A DNA stretch of 64,000 nt from Eubacterium sp. CAG:251 (GCA_000436835.1 FR889161.1:112741-176740), one strand, 5' to 3'; shown: positions 19,810 through 30,531, numbered from the stretch's first letter. The notes: generated by a model from the sequence alone, not told the origin. A program made the numbers and translations.

Positions 19810-20716
19810 ATTATCTGTTTCAAATGAATTTTCAGGCGTCAGGATAGATAAGTTTTTGGCTGAAAATATCGATTTTTTAACAAGAAGTATGATATCAAAG
19901 CTTATCGAAAACGGCAATGTGTTCGTGTTTGACAAAATCGCTCAAAAAAGCTATAAATGCAAGGCGGGCGATGAAATCAGCGTGAATGTGCCAAAGCCTC
20001 GTGTGCTTGAAACAAAGGCTGAAAATATACCGCTTGATATAGTGTATGAGGACAGCGACCTTTTAGTTGTTAATAAGCCTAAGGGAATGGTTGTTCACCC
20101 TGCTCCCGGTAATTATGAAGGCACGCTTGTTAATGCACTTTTATATCATTGCGGCAACAGCTTAAGCGGTATTAACGGTGTAATACGTCCCGGAATAGTT
20201 CATAGAATTGATAAGGATACTTCGGGGCTTTTAATAGTAGCAAAAAACGATTTTTCCCATTTGCATCTTGCCCAGCAGATTAAAGAACATTCCTTTTATC
20301 GTGCATATCAGGCAGTTGTATACGGAAATATTAAAGAGGATAAGGGAACGGTAAACGAGCCTATCGGCAGAAGTCCTAAGGACAGAAAGCGTATGGCTGT
20401 AGTTTACAAAAATTCAAGAAACGCAATCACTCATTATGAAGTTTTGAAGCGTTTCGGTAATTTTACTCATATAAAGTGCATACTCGAAACGGGAAGAACT
20501 CACCAAATAAGAGTTCACATGGCTTATCTCGGTCATCCGCTTGCAGGCGACAGCGTTTACGGGCCTAAAAAGGTTATCACCAAGCTTTCAGGTCAATGCC
20601 TTCACGCAGGCGAGATTGGCTTTGTTCATCCGAGAACGAATGAATATTTGCACTTTACTTCACCTTTGCCTGATTATTTTACTGATTTTTTGGCAGAGCT
20701 TGAAAGAAAACAATAA
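19793..20716 (+). CDS. rluD: 23S rRNA pseudouridine synthase, RluA family (RluD-like), with S4 domain
   Basis: ATG 19793 follows AGGAG. LVVNKPKGMVVHPA and HRIDKDTSGLLIVAKN catalytic motif. The upstream 19760 start overlaps lspA and has no RBS. Confidence 0.9.
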   Translation: MSQKIELSVSNEFSGVRIDKFLAENIDFLTRSMISKLIENGNVFVFDKIAQKSYKCKAGDEISVNVPKPRVLETKAENIPLDIVYEDSDLLVVNKPKGMVVHPAPGNYEGTLVNALLYHCGNSLSGINGVIRPGIVHRIDKDTSGLLIVAKNDFSHLHLAQQIKEHSFYRAYQAVVYGNIKEDKGTVNEPIGRSPKDRKRMAVVYKNSRNAITHYEVLKRFGNFTHIKCILETGRTHQIRVHMAYLGHPLAGDSVYGPKKVITKLSGQCLHAGEIGFVHPRTNEYLHFTSPLPDYFTDFLAELERKQ

Positions 20717-20733
20717 TACCGTGAGGATTTAGG

Positions 20734-21597
20734 ATGGAAAAAACTTTTGAAAATTGGCTTGTGGTATCGGATATCGACGGTACTCTTAATAATAAAATCC
20801 GCAAGCTGCCAAAAAGAAATTATGATGCAATTAAAAAATTCACTGATTTAGGCGGTAATTTCACTCTCGCTTCAGGTAGGCTTCAGTCAAGCCTTGAAAG
20901 AAATTATAACAGAATAACGCCCAATCAGCCTGCCGTTGTTTTAAACGGTGCAGGGCTTTATGATTATAAGGAAAAGAAAATGCTTTGGCGAAGCACAATC
21001 GGAGAAAAAGGACGTGACTTTGTAAAGCTTGTTGAAAAAGAATATAACAAGTTTTTTAAAAGCGTTGATATAGGAATTTATTTTGACGATTATGTTTATA
21101 TTGTTAAAAACGGACTTTTTGCAAGTGCAACAATGCATTTTGACAAGGCTCATTTTGAAGTGGTTAAATCTATTGACGATGTACCGAAAGACGGCTGGAT
21201 GAAGGTTATTTTTTGGTCCAATCCAATTACAATTAAGTCGCTTCAAAAATTTATTGACAAAAACGAAAACCCCGACGCTAACTTTATGTCCTCATCTGTT
21301 TGCACGATTGAAATGCTTCAAAAAGGCACTCATAAGGGTGTCGGCATTATGAAACTTGCAGATATGCTCGGCATAGATAAAAGCCATGTTGCGGCAATCG
21401 GGGATTATTATAATGACTGGGATATGCTCAAAACAGTTGGGCTTCCCGCCTGTGCAGGTCAAGCTCCCGCACCTATACACAATATTTGTAAATTTGAGGC
21501 TTGCCATTGCAACAAGGGCTGTGTTGCCGATTTGCTTGAATATATTATGTCCGGCAAGGCTGAAGAAGATATTAAGAAAGAAAATAATAAAAAGTAG
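20734..21597 (+). CDS. Cof-type HAD-IIB family hydrolase (sugar phosphatase)
   Basis: [12 protein letters not shown] motif I and [10 protein letters not shown] motif IV. Confidence 0.8.
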   Translation: MEKTFENWLVVSDIDGTLNNKIRKLPKRNYDAIKKFTDLGGNFTLASGRLQSSLERNYNRITPNQPAVVLNGAGLYDYKEKKMLWRSTIGEKGRDFVKLVEKEYNKFFKSVDIGIYFDDYVYIVKNGLFASATMHFDKAHFEVVKSIDDVPKDGWMKVIFWSNPITIKSLQKFIDKNENPDANFMSSSVCTIEMLQKGTHKGVGIMKLADMLGIDKSHVAAIGDYYNDWDMLKTVGLPACAGQAPAPIHNICKFEACHCNKGCVADLLEYIMSGKAEEDIKKENNKK

Positions 21598-21605
21598 GTA
21601 ATCTT

Positions 21606-22439
21606 ATGTTGACTATTGGTGCACATTTGAGTGCTTCTAAGGGATATACGGCGATGCTTAAGCAAGCTGTGGAAATAGGCGCTAACACTTTTCAGTTTTT
21701 TACACGTAATCCGAGGGGTGGAAGTGCAAAGGCTATTGACGAAAATGACGTGAATGAGTTTTTAAAACTTATGGAAGAAAATGATTTTCCCGTAATTTTG
21801 GCTCATGCGCCTTATACGCTTAATCTTTGCTCGGCTAAGCCTGAAACAAGGGAGTTTGCAAGAAACACATTTTTAGATGATTTAAAAAGAATGGAATATA
21901 CTCCTCATCAGCTTTATAATTTCCATCCGGGTTCTCATACGGGTCAGGGCGCAGAGGTCGGAATTGACCTTATAGCCGGGGCACTTAATAAGGTGCTTTT
22001 CCCTGAAATGACTACCACTGTTTTGCTTGAAACCATGGCAGGCAAGGGAACAGAGATTGGCAGAAGCTTTGAGGAACTTCGTGCAATTATTGATAAGGTG
22101 GAGCTTGATGATAAAGTCGGCGTTTGCCTTGACACGTGCCATGTTAATGATGCCGGCTATGACGTAGTTAATAATCTTGACGGCGTTTTGGAGGAATTTG
22201 ATAAGGTAATCGGTCTTGACAGGCTCAAGGCAATACATCTCAATGATTCTAAAAATCCGCTTGGCGCCCATAAGGACAGGCACGAGAAAATCGGCGAGGG
22301 CTATATCGGCAAGGATGCTATGGAAAGAATTATTAATCATCCAAGCCTTAAAAACCTTCCGTTTTATCTTGAAACGCCGAATGATATTGACGGCTATGCT
22401 AAAGAAATTGCGCTTTTAAGGTCTTTATATAAAGGATAA
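21606..22439 (+). CDS. nfo: Endonuclease IV (deoxyribonuclease IV, AP endonuclease)
   Basis: [14 protein letters not shown]...[13 protein letters not shown] and HAPYTLNL, at TIM-barrel size. Confidence 0.9.
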   Translation: MLTIGAHLSASKGYTAMLKQAVEIGANTFQFFTRNPRGGSAKAIDENDVNEFLKLMEENDFPVILAHAPYTLNLCSAKPETREFARNTFLDDLKRMEYTPHQLYNFHPGSHTGQGAEVGIDLIAGALNKVLFPEMTTTVLLETMAGKGTEIGRSFEELRAIIDKVELDDKVGVCLDTCHVNDAGYDVVNNLDGVLEEFDKVIGLDRLKAIHLNDSKNPLGAHKDRHEKIGEGYIGKDAMERIINHPSLKNLPFYLETPNDIDGYAKEIALLRSLYKG

Positions 22440-22463
22440 GAGAAAGTAAAGAGAGGTAAAATT

Positions 22464-23519
22464 ATGAGTATTGAAAAAAGATTTTTTGGAAAGCTTGACG
22501 GCAAGGGCAATGTTGATATTTATAAAATCACTAATAAAAACGGCGCATTTGTTGAGCTTATGACTCTCGGCGCAGGTATTCATTCTATTAATGTACCTGA
22601 CAGAAACGGCAAGCTCGGCGATGTTGTTTTGGGCTTTGACGATGTTAATAATTATCTTAATCCCGACCTCGGATATCAGGGTCTTGTAGTCGGCAGATAT
22701 GCTAACAGAATACGTGACGCAAAGTTTTCTATGGACGGTGTGGAGTATAACACTCCTAAAAATCAAGGCACTTGGACTCTTCACGGCGGCGGTCGTTTCA
22801 GTTTTAATATTTGGGAGGTTAAGGAAACAGGCAACGATTTTGTTGTATTTTCTTTCTTCTCACCCGATATGCAGGACGGATTTCCCGGCAATTTCACAAT
22901 GAACGTTAAATATACATTCGACGACAGCAATACTCTCAAAATCGAATATTTTGTTTTATCTGATAAAAAGACGGTTGCAAATCCGACAAATCACGCATAT
23001 TTCAATCTTTCAGCAGACAGTTCAAAAACTGTTGAAGACGAATATTTGCAGGTTAATGCCGATAAATTTACCGAAACCGACGATACCCAGCTTCCCACCG
23101 GCGAGCTTGGTTTGGTTGAGGGCACTATGATGGATTTCAGAACCTTGCATAAAATCGGCGATAAAATTGATGAGCCTTTTAGGGCAATTATTGAGGGCAT
23201 AGGCTATGATAATAACTACTGCCTTTGTGATAAAAAACTCGGCGAACTTACGCAGGCGGCTGTGCTTTATGATGAAGCATCGGGCAGGCAGATGCAGGTT
23301 TATACCGACCTTGTTGGAATTCAGGTTTATTGCGGCGGTTGGCTTGCAAAGGACGGCAATCCGGGAAAGGGCGATTCCAAAGTGACCTTCCGCCGTGGCG
23401 TTGCACTTGAAACTCAGTTCTATCCTGATTCTGTTAATCATTCCAATTTCCCGTTTAAGTTTGTTGAGCCAAACGAGGAATTTAAGACAACAACGGAATT
23501 TAGATTTTCGGTGAAATAA
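22464..23519 (+). CDS. galM: Aldose 1-epimerase (galactose mutarotase)
   Basis: GRYANRI, HGG and GYDNNYCL motifs, at 351 aa. Confidence 0.85.
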   Translation: MSIEKRFFGKLDGKGNVDIYKITNKNGAFVELMTLGAGIHSINVPDRNGKLGDVVLGFDDVNNYLNPDLGYQGLVVGRYANRIRDAKFSMDGVEYNTPKNQGTWTLHGGGRFSFNIWEVKETGNDFVVFSFFSPDMQDGFPGNFTMNVKYTFDDSNTLKIEYFVLSDKKTVANPTNHAYFNLSADSSKTVEDEYLQVNADKFTETDDTQLPTGELGLVEGTMMDFRTLHKIGDKIDEPFRAIIEGIGYDNNYCLCDKKLGELTQAAVLYDEASGRQMQVYTDLVGIQVYCGGWLAKDGNPGKGDSKVTFRRGVALETQFYPDSVNHSNFPFKFVEPNEEFKTTTEFRFSVK

Positions 23520-23536
23520 TTTAACAAATATAATAA

Positions 23537-23572
23537 AAAACGGGCAGTTCACAACGAACTGCCCGTTTTGCT
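23537..23572. terminator. Bidirectional rho-independent terminator (galM on plus, serA on minus)
   Basis: AAAAAACGGGCAGTTCACAACGAACTGCCCGTTTTG, with an A-run on one side and a T-run on the other. Confidence 0.8.
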
Positions 23573-23594
23573 ATGCTGTTATTAAAAATATGTT

Positions 23595-24755
23595 TTAGTA
23601 AATAGACCTAACTTTGATTACACCGTTAATTGCTGTTATATCGTCAAGCACCTTTTGAGCAGGGGTTTCGTCAACATCAATAATTGAGTAAGCTGTTTCG
23701 CCTCTGTTTTTATCCTCAAATGATGCAATATTAATTCCGTCACGGCTGATTGTATCTGTAATTGTCGCAATCATATTCGGCTGATTCTTATGAATAACGG
23801 TAATTCTTGAAACACCCGATTTTGCCATTGAAACAGCAGGGAGGTTTACTGAATTTTTAATGTTTCCGTTTTCAAGGTAATCAATAAGCTCATCAGCACC
23901 CATTGAAGCACAGTTTTCTTCGCTTTCAGGAGTGCTTGCACCAAGGTGAGGCATTGCGATAACTCCGTCAATTCCGATGATATCAGCTGATGGGAAATCT
24001 GTAACATACGCCGCCATTTTTCCTTCTTCAAGAGCGTCAACTATTGCCTGCGAATCAGCAAGGTCACCACGTGCAAAGTTGAGAACCCTGACTGTGTTTT
24101 TCATTTTATCGATAGACTCTGTGCAAATCATTTTTCTTGTATCGTCTGTAAGCGGTACGTGAAGGGTGATATAATCAGCAACAGGGAAAATTTCGTCAAG
24201 ATTGTTGTTGACTGTTATCCCTGCTTTAAGAGCAACACCTGCCGGCAAGAATGGGTCATAACCGATAACGTTCATACCAAGGTCAACTGCGGCTTCGGCA
24301 ACAAGGCGACCGATAGCTCCAAGACCGATTACTGCAAGCGTTTTACCCTTGATTTCAGGACCTGCAAATGCACTCTTGCCCTTTTCGACTGTTTTACCTA
24401 CGTTGTCGCCCTCGTCTTTAATGGTTTTGCACCAATCAATAGCTTTAGTCACCTTACGGCTTGAAAGGAGTAAACCGCAAATTACAAGCTCCTTAACGGC
24501 GTTTGCATTAGCACCCGGAGTGTTAAATACTGCAATGCCGAGGTCTGTGCATTTTGGAATAGGAATGTTGTTTACGCCTGCGCCTGCTCTTGCGATTGCG
24601 AGAAGTGATGACGGCATTTCCATATCGTGCATAGCCGCACTTCTTACCATAATTGCGTCAGGTGACTGCGCACTGTCGTCAATTGTGTATTTAGCCTCGT
24701 CAAATTTTGATAAACCTACATTTGATATTTTATTGAGAGTTTTAACAGTAAACAT
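23595..24755 (-). CDS. serA: D-3-phosphoglycerate dehydrogenase with C-terminal ACT domain
   Basis: NAD-binding GLGAIGRLVA and a catalytic His/Glu region with a C-terminal ACT domain. Adjacent to serC. Confidence 0.9.
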   Translation of the reverse strand: MFTVKTLNKISNVGLSKFDEAKYTIDDSAQSPDAIMVRSAAMHDMEMPSSLLAIARAGAGVNNIPIPKCTDLGIAVFNTPGANANAVKELVICGLLLSSRKVTKAIDWCKTIKDEGDNVGKTVEKGKSAFAGPEIKGKTLAVIGLGAIGRLVAEAAVDLGMNVIGYDPFLPAGVALKAGITVNNNLDEIFPVADYITLHVPLTDDTRKMICTESIDKMKNTVRVLNFARGDLADSQAIVDALEEGKMAAYVTDFPSADIIGIDGVIAMPHLGASTPESEENCASMGADELIDYLENGNIKNSVNLPAVSMAKSGVSRITVIHKNQPNMIATITDTISRDGINIASFEDKNRGETAYSIIDVDETPAQKVLDDITAINGVIKVRSIY

Positions 24756-25840
24756 TATTTGTTTTCCTCCTCAAACTTAGCCATAAATTCAACAAGCTTT
24801 TCAACACCTTCAATAGGCATTGCGTTATAGATAGAAGCTCTCATACCGCCGACTGTTCTGTGGCCCTTAAGGTTTACAAATCCGTTTTGCTCAGCTTCTG
24901 AAATAAATTTCTTTTCAAGCTCGTCGTCGCCGATAACAAAAGGTACATTCATAAGCGAACGGTCCTCAGGAACAACAGTGCCTTTGAATAATTTAGAATT
25001 GTCAAGAAAATTGTAAAGAATAGCGGCTTTCTTTTCGTTTCTTTCTTTCATCTTTTCAAGACCGCCAATATCGTTTTTAATCCATTCAAGAACAAGCTTG
25101 CAAATATAAATAGTCCAACAAGGTGGGGTATTATAAAGTGAATCTGCGTCAGCCTGAATTTTGTAGTTCATCATAACAGGGGTGATATCCCTTGCGTTTC
25201 CTAAAAGGTCCTCACGAATTATGGCAACAACAAGACCTGCCGGAGCAACGTTCTTTTGAGCGCCGAAATAAACCATACCGAACTTGCTGATGTCAAGCGG
25301 CTCGGAAAGTGCACATGAAGATACGTCTGCAATAAGCACCTTGTCGCCTACAGGAGGGAGCTCTTTGTAAACAGTACCGTAAATAGTATTGTTCATACAA
25401 ATATATACATAGTCTGCATCCTCACGGAAATCTTCAGGCTTAGTCTTTGGAATGTATGTAAATGTTTTGTCTGCAGATGAAGCTGCGGCAACAACGTCGC
25501 CGTATTTTTGAGCCTCTGCAAATGCTTTTTTAGCCCACTGACCTGTGATAATATAATCAGCCTTGCCGCTGCCGTTCATAAAGTTAAGCGGAATAGCCGA
25601 AAATTGAGCGGATGCACCGCCCTGAAGGAATAATACCTTGTAATTGTCAGGCACATTGTAAAGCTCACGCATAAGAGCCTCTGCATCCTTAATAATCTTG
25701 TCAAATACTTTTGAGCGGTGGCTCATCTCCATAACAGACTGACCGCAGCCCTGATAATCGAGCATCTCGTCTGCTGCTTGCTTTAACACCTTTTCGGGAA
25801 GTGTTGACGGACCCGCACTGAAATTGTAAACTCTTGCCAT
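24755..25840 (-). CDS. serC: Phosphoserine aminotransferase
   Basis: MARVYNFSAGPSTLPEKVL N-terminus and PLP-lysine region. Confidence 0.9.
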   Translation of the reverse strand: MARVYNFSAGPSTLPEKVLKQAADEMLDYQGCGQSVMEMSHRSKVFDKIIKDAEALMRELYNVPDNYKVLFLQGGASAQFSAIPLNFMNGSGKADYIITGQWAKKAFAEAQKYGDVVAAASSADKTFTYIPKTKPEDFREDADYVYICMNNTIYGTVYKELPPVGDKVLIADVSSCALSEPLDISKFGMVYFGAQKNVAPAGLVVAIIREDLLGNARDITPVMMNYKIQADADSLYNTPPCWTIYICKLVLEWIKNDIGGLEKMKERNEKKAAILYNFLDNSKLFKGTVVPEDRSLMNVPFVIGDDELEKKFISEAEQNGFVNLKGHRTVGGMRASIYNAMPIEGVEKLVEFMAKFEEENK

Positions 25841-26191
25841 AGTTGGTTTCCTCTCTTATATAAAAAATTTGATTTCTTTTAAAATCTGTATCACCTATTA
25901 TACTATTGTTTAACTTTTTGTCAATGATTGATTTAAAAATTTGTGATAATATACAACAGATTGACAATAATATAACAATATTGTTAAATATCGTGGAAAT
26001 ATCAGATGAAAATCGCAATAAATATGACAATTTAATGCGTTTGTATATATCTATGTTTTTTTATATATATCCTTATTGAAAAAATATATGAACTATGATA
26101 AAATACATTTGTATAGTTGTATAGTTTTTTAGCGTAATCAGTCATACTGTTATGCTTGAGGCAAAATAATGCAACAAAAGGGGTAAAATTT

Positions 26192-27118
26192 ATGAAAAAA
26201 TCGGAGGTATATCTTCCGTCTAATGACGGCAAAAATCAACTTCATACTGTAATTTGGGAGCCTGATACGGAATATCCGAGGGCAATTTTGCAAATTGTTC
26301 ACGGAATGTGCGAATATGTTGACAGGTATGACGATTTCGCAAATTATTTAACTCAAAACGGCTTTGCGGTTATAGGCAACGACCATTTGGGTCACGGCAA
26401 AAGCGTTAAAAGAAATGATGATTTAGGCTTTTTTGCATCAACTGACGGTGACAAAATTGTTATCGAGGATTTGCACAACGTTATGCTTTTTGCCAAGGAT
26501 AAGTGGCTCGGCACACCGCTTTTTATGCTCGGTCACAGTATGGGCTCGTTTTTTACAAGGGTATTTTTGACTAAATACAGCGTTGAGCTTGACGGCGCAG
26601 TTATTATGGGCACGGGTTTTATTCCCGATTCCGCCGCTAAAATAGGTATGATGCTTTCGTCACTAATATGCAAGACTAAGGGCGAAAGATACAAAAGCAA
26701 GCTTCTTGAAAGCTTGACCTTAGGCTCAAATAATAAAGCGTTTGCGCCTAACAGAACTCCTGATGATTGGCTTACAAGGGACGAAAAGGCAGTTGACAAA
26801 TATGTAAACGATAAGCTTTGCGGCTTTACCTTTACGGCAAAGGCTTATAATGATTTCTTTAAAATTATCCATTCAATTGCAATCAACAAAAAATGCGAGG
26901 GTATTTCCAAAGAACTGCCTGTTTTGATAACGTCGGGAGAGGTTGACCCTGTCGGCGGAAAAAAAGCTTGCGAGAAGCTTTTGTTTAAATACGAGTCGGC
27001 TAAAATTACGGATACAAGCATTAGGATTTATCCCAATGACCGCCACGAAATACTCAACGAGCTTGACAAAGAGGAAGTATATAAAGACATTGCTGATTGG
27101 TTAATAAGTAAAATATAA
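26192..27118 (+). CDS. Alpha/beta hydrolase (lysophospholipase/monoacylglycerol-lipase-like)
   Basis: HGMCEY, nucleophile elbow GHSMGS and a C-terminal His. ATG 26192 is preferred over the 26156 extension. Confidence 0.75.
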   Translation: MKKSEVYLPSNDGKNQLHTVIWEPDTEYPRAILQIVHGMCEYVDRYDDFANYLTQNGFAVIGNDHLGHGKSVKRNDDLGFFASTDGDKIVIEDLHNVMLFAKDKWLGTPLFMLGHSMGSFFTRVFLTKYSVELDGAVIMGTGFIPDSAAKIGMMLSSLICKTKGERYKSKLLESLTLGSNNKAFAPNRTPDDWLTRDEKAVDKYVNDKLCGFTFTAKAYNDFFKIIHSIAINKKCEGISKELPVLITSGEVDPVGGKKACEKLLFKYESAKITDTSIRIYPNDRHEILNELDKEEVYKDIADWLISKI

Positions 27119-27136
27119 TTATTGTTAAATTTACTC

Positions 27137-27165
27137 TTGACTTTTTATTATACTTATTATATAAT
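27137..27165 (+). promoter_or_regulatory. Consensus sigma-A promoter (TTGACT-N17-TATAAT) for rplU-prp-rpmA
   Basis: -35 at 27137-27142 and -10 at 27160-27165. An 80-nt leader follows (possible L21 leader). Confidence 0.6.
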
Positions 27166-27248
27166 CTTTACACCGCATATTATGGGCAGGCAAGAGATAC
27201 GCAGTATCCGCCTATTATAGCGAGACTTGAAAAGGAGATAAAAAGACT

Positions 27249-27557
27249 ATGTACGCTGTTATTGTTACAGGCGGTAAGCAGTACAAGGTTGCTGAAGGCG
27301 ATGTTCTTTATATCGAAAAGCTTGATGCTCAGGCTGAAGAGAATGTAACATTTGACACAGTTCTTGCAATCGGTGCAGACGACAGCTTTAAGGCTGGTAA
27401 GGATTGCGCTAAGGCTACTGTTGACGCTAAGGTTCTTAAGAATGGCAAGGGTAAGAAGATTACTGTATTTACTTACAAGCCAAAGAAGGACGAAAAACGC
27501 AAGAAGGGTCATCGTCAGCCATACACAAAGGTTGAGATTACCAAGATTAATGCGTAA
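27249..27557 (+). CDS. rplU: 50S ribosomal protein L21
   Basis: [25 protein letters not shown]. Confidence 0.95.
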   Translation: MYAVIVTGGKQYKVAEGDVLYIEKLDAQAEENVTFDTVLAIGADDSFKAGKDCAKATVDAKVLKNGKGKKITVFTYKPKKDEKRKKGHRQPYTKVEITKINA

Positions 27558-27880
27558 TGATTAATGTTGAATTTTTCAGCGGAATTAACGGTTTGTGCGG
27601 CTTTGAAGCAACGGGGCATTCAATGAGTGCCGATTCGGGAGAGGACATTATTTGTGCTTTTGTTTCGAGTGCTTGCTTAATGGCAGCAAATACCGTGACT
27701 GAAATTATCGGTCTTGATTGCGACGCTCAGTCGGATGACGGATATTTAAAATTGATGATTCTCGAAAATTCCGCAAAAGCTCAGGATGTGCTTAAGGGTT
27801 TAAGGCTTCATTTAACGGAGCTTGCCAAGCAGTATCCTGAAAACATAAAAGTGATTTATCGGAGGTGTAATAATGCTTAA
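27557..27880 (+). CDS. prp: Ribosomal-processing cysteine protease Prp
   Basis: DUF464/Prp family with catalytic Cys/His (GHSMSA...ICAFVSSA). Canonical position between rplU and rpmA. Confidence 0.9.
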   Translation: MINVEFFSGINGLCGFEATGHSMSADSGEDIICAFVSSACLMAANTVTEIIGLDCDAQSDDGYLKLMILENSAKAQDVLKGLRLHLTELAKQYPENIKVIYRRCNNA

Positions 27881-28157
27881 ATTAGATTTACAGCTTTTCG
27901 CTCATAAGAAAGGTATGGGTTCTACAAAGAACGGCAGAGATTCAGAGTCTAAGCGTCTTGGCGCTAAGAGAGCTGACGGCCAGTTTGTTCTTGCAGGCAA
28001 TATCCTTTACCGTCAGAGAGGAACACACATTCATCCGGGCAACAACGTTGGTATCGGCAAGGACGACACTCTTTTCGCTCTTGTTGACGGCACCGTTAAG
28101 TTTGAAAGAATGGGTAAGGACAGAAAGATGGTTTCTGTTTATCCTGTTGAGCAGTAA
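27873..28157 (+). CDS. rpmA: 50S ribosomal protein L27 (with N-terminal propeptide cleaved by Prp)
   Basis: [30 protein letters not shown]. Confidence 0.95.
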   Translation: MLKLDLQLFAHKKGMGSTKNGRDSESKRLGAKRADGQFVLAGNILYRQRGTHIHPGNNVGIGKDDTLFALVDGTVKFERMGKDRKMVSVYPVEQ

Positions 28158-28178
28158 TTTAAGATTTATAAAAAATTA

Positions 28179-28207
28179 TCCCACGGAATATTCCGTGGGA
28201 TTTTTTG
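28179..28207 (+). terminator. Rho-independent terminator after rpmA
   Basis: TCCCACGGAATATTCCGTGGGA followed by TTTTTT. Confidence 0.8.
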
Positions 28208-28228
28208 TTTTATGATTATAATATTTTA

Positions 28229-28432
28229 CGGTTGCGAAGAAGTAGTCAGAATTGGATTTTTAGTGAAGGGAGCTGTACGTTGGTACTGCCCCTTTGCTAA
28301 AAATCCAAAGTGCCCAACGTTTTGTCGCCGTATCCTTTAGGATATTAAGACAAAACGTTCAAATGTTATTGATATAAAAAACAAAGGAATTAGAAAAACG
28401 TAGATAAATACGTATTTCTAATTCCTTTTTTT
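28229..28432 (+). ncRNA. Candidate small RNA or structured element between two terminators (strand uncertain)
   Basis: A possible TATAAT lies at 28216-28221. There are several stable hairpins, including an 11-bp perfect stem AACGTTTTGTC/GACAAAACGTT, and the region ends in a strong terminator. No RBS-bearing ORF is present. Confidence 0.25.
28386..28432. terminator. Bidirectional intrinsic terminator (GGAATTAGAAA...TTTCTAATTCC followed by T7)
   Basis: 11-bp perfect stem with a T-run on the plus strand and an A-run upstream, so it can terminate the htpG transcript on the minus strand. Confidence 0.7.
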
Positions 28433-28558
28433 GTAGTGGACCCCCGGAAAGCGTAAGCTTTTTGGGAAAAAAGAGAAAGGAACGAAGTGTTTATTATAAA
28501 TTTCACAGAAATTTATTCAAACACGGAACTTTTTCAACGTGGGCACGGTTATGGCTGC

Positions 28559-30450
28559 TTATTCACAACCGATTAGTGCAGCAAGATTATCTGAAAATTC
28601 TGTTGGATTTTCAAGGTCGAGCCCTGCAATAAGTCTTGCTGATGAATAAAGAAGATTTGTATATTTCTTAAGTGTATCGTCATCTACACTCTTAAGCTTT
28701 TCAACAATCGGATGGTCTGCATTAACCTCAAGCACAAGCTGAGCCTTAACACCTTGATTAGCGCCGGGCATAGAATTAAGCACCTTTTCCATTTCAAGCG
28801 AAACATAGCCTTCTGCTGAAAGACAAACAGGGTGCGAGCCGAGTTTATTTGTAAGCTTAACTGCTGTTACCTTGCCGTCGAGTGCTTCTTTCATTTTATC
28901 AAGAAGTTGTTTAGCATCCTCGTTTTTCTTTGTCATTGCTTCTTTTTCGGCATCGGTACTTAAATCGAGGTCATCCTTGCAAACGTTTACAAAGTGCTTG
29001 CCGTCGTATTCCATAAGCATTTGAACTGCAAATTCATCAACCTCGTCGGTAAAGTAAAGCACTTCATAGCCCTTTGCCTTAACAGTCTCAACCTGAGGAA
29101 GAAGCGCAATCTTTTGTTCATTATCGCCGCAAGCATAGTAAATGTCGTTTTGCGACTCTGCCATTCTGCCGACGTATTCCTTAAGTGTTGTCGGTTTTTC
29201 GTCAGCCGAGGTTTTAAACAAAAGTAAGTCCTTAAGACCGTCTTTTTCCATACCGTAGTTAGCATAAACACCGTATTTTAACTGCAAGCCAAAAGTTTTG
29301 AAGAATTTTTCATACTTTTCTCTGTCGTTTTTGAGCATTTTTGTAAGCTCATTTTTAATTTTCTTGTCAATTGCTTTAGCAATAATTTTAAGCTGATGGT
29401 CGTGCTGCAGCATTTCACGGCTGATATTAAGGCTTAAATCTGCACTGTCTACAAGACCTTTTACAAAGCTAAAATAATCGGGCAAAAGGTCGGCACACTT
29501 GTCCATAATAAGAACACCGTTTGAATAAAGCTGTAAGCCTTTTTCGTATTCCTTTGAATAGAAATCATAAGGCGGATTTTCCGGAATGTAAAGAAGTGCG
29601 TCAAATGTAGCCTGACCCTCTGTTTTTGCGTGAATTACGTGCAGAGGATTGTTGTAATCCATAAACTTTTGCTTGTAAAATTCGTTATATTCCTCCGGCT
29701 TGATTTCGCTCTTATTCTTTCTCCAAAGCGGAACCATAGAATTAAGCGTTTCTTCGCTTACTTCTGTAATGTATTCACCCTCTTTGTCAGGGTCGGGAAC
29801 CTGATGGCTCATTTCCATAACGATAGGGTAGCGAATGTAGTCGGAATACTTCTTTACAAGCTCATCAATTGTATATTGCTCAAGGTATTTTGAGTAGTCC
29901 TCGTTTTCCGTGTCCTCTTTAACGTAAAGAGTAATTTCACTTCCTGCGTTTTCCTTTTCACATTCTTCGATTGTATATCCGTCAGCACCCGTTGAAACCC
30001 ACTTGTGAGCGACGTTCTCGCCGAATGCTTTTGAAATAACCTCTACCTTATCAGCAACCATAAATGAAGAATAGAAGCCTACGCCGAATTGACCGATAAC
30101 CGAAATATCGTCTGTCTTTTCATTGTCTGCATTTTCTTTTTTGAAATTGAATGAGCCGCTCTTTGCGATTGTGCCGAGATTGTTTTCAAGCTCTTCAGCG
30201 GTCATACCGATGCCGTTATCGCTGATTTTAATAGTTCGGTTTTCCTTGTCAAGGTCAATATGGATTTTGAAATCTTCTCTTGCAAGCTTAACGCTGTCAT
30301 CTGTAAGAGATTTGAAATATAACTTGTCTATAGCATCGCTTGCATTGGAAATAAGCTCACGTAAAAATATTTCCTTGTGAGTGTAAATTGAATTAATCAT
30401 CATATCAAGCAGCTTTTTGGACTCTGCTTTGAATTGCTTTTTCCTCATAT
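28559..30450 (-). CDS. htpG: Molecular chaperone HtpG (Hsp90)
   Basis: MRKKQFKAESKKLLDMMINSIYTHKEIFLRELISNASDA GHKL N-terminus at a length of 630 aa. The promoter and CIRCE fall inside the longer 30592 ORF, so the start is placed at 30450 with RBS GGGTGAT. Confidence 0.9.
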
Positions 30451-30471
30451 ATATCACCCTTTGAATATTAA

Positions 30472-30498
30472 TTAGCACTCGAAGTACCTGAGTGCTAA
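30472..30498 (-). promoter_or_regulatory. CIRCE element (HrcA operator) TTAGCACTC-N9-GAGTGCTAA
   Basis: Perfect 9-N9-9 inverted repeat between the -10 box and the RBS of htpG. Confidence 0.8.
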
Positions 30499-30503
30499 TT
30501 AAT

Positions 30504-30531
30504 ATTATAGACCATTTTCTTTTATTGTCAA
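30504..30531 (-). promoter_or_regulatory. Consensus sigma-A promoter for htpG (TTGACA-N16-TATAAT, minus strand)
   Basis: The reverse complement of 30526-30531 is TTGACA and of 30504-30509 is TATAAT. Confidence 0.7.

Noticed and set aside
28212-28340. 42-codon Cys-containing ORF (MIIIFYGCEEVV...WYCPFAKNPKCPTFCRRIL) after the rpmA terminator
   Set aside because: No Shine-Dalgarno sequence is present. The ORF coincides with the hairpin-rich segment and is more plausibly RNA structure than a peptide gene.
28209-28558. Checked whether the structured gap could be tmRNA, RNase P RNA, SRP RNA or 6S RNA
   Set aside because: None of the conserved signatures I remember were found. These are the tmRNA tRNA-like 3' end ...TCCACCA, the RNase P GGAAAGTCCGGGC motif, the SRP domain-IV GGAAGCAGCCA motif and the 6S closed end-to-end helix.
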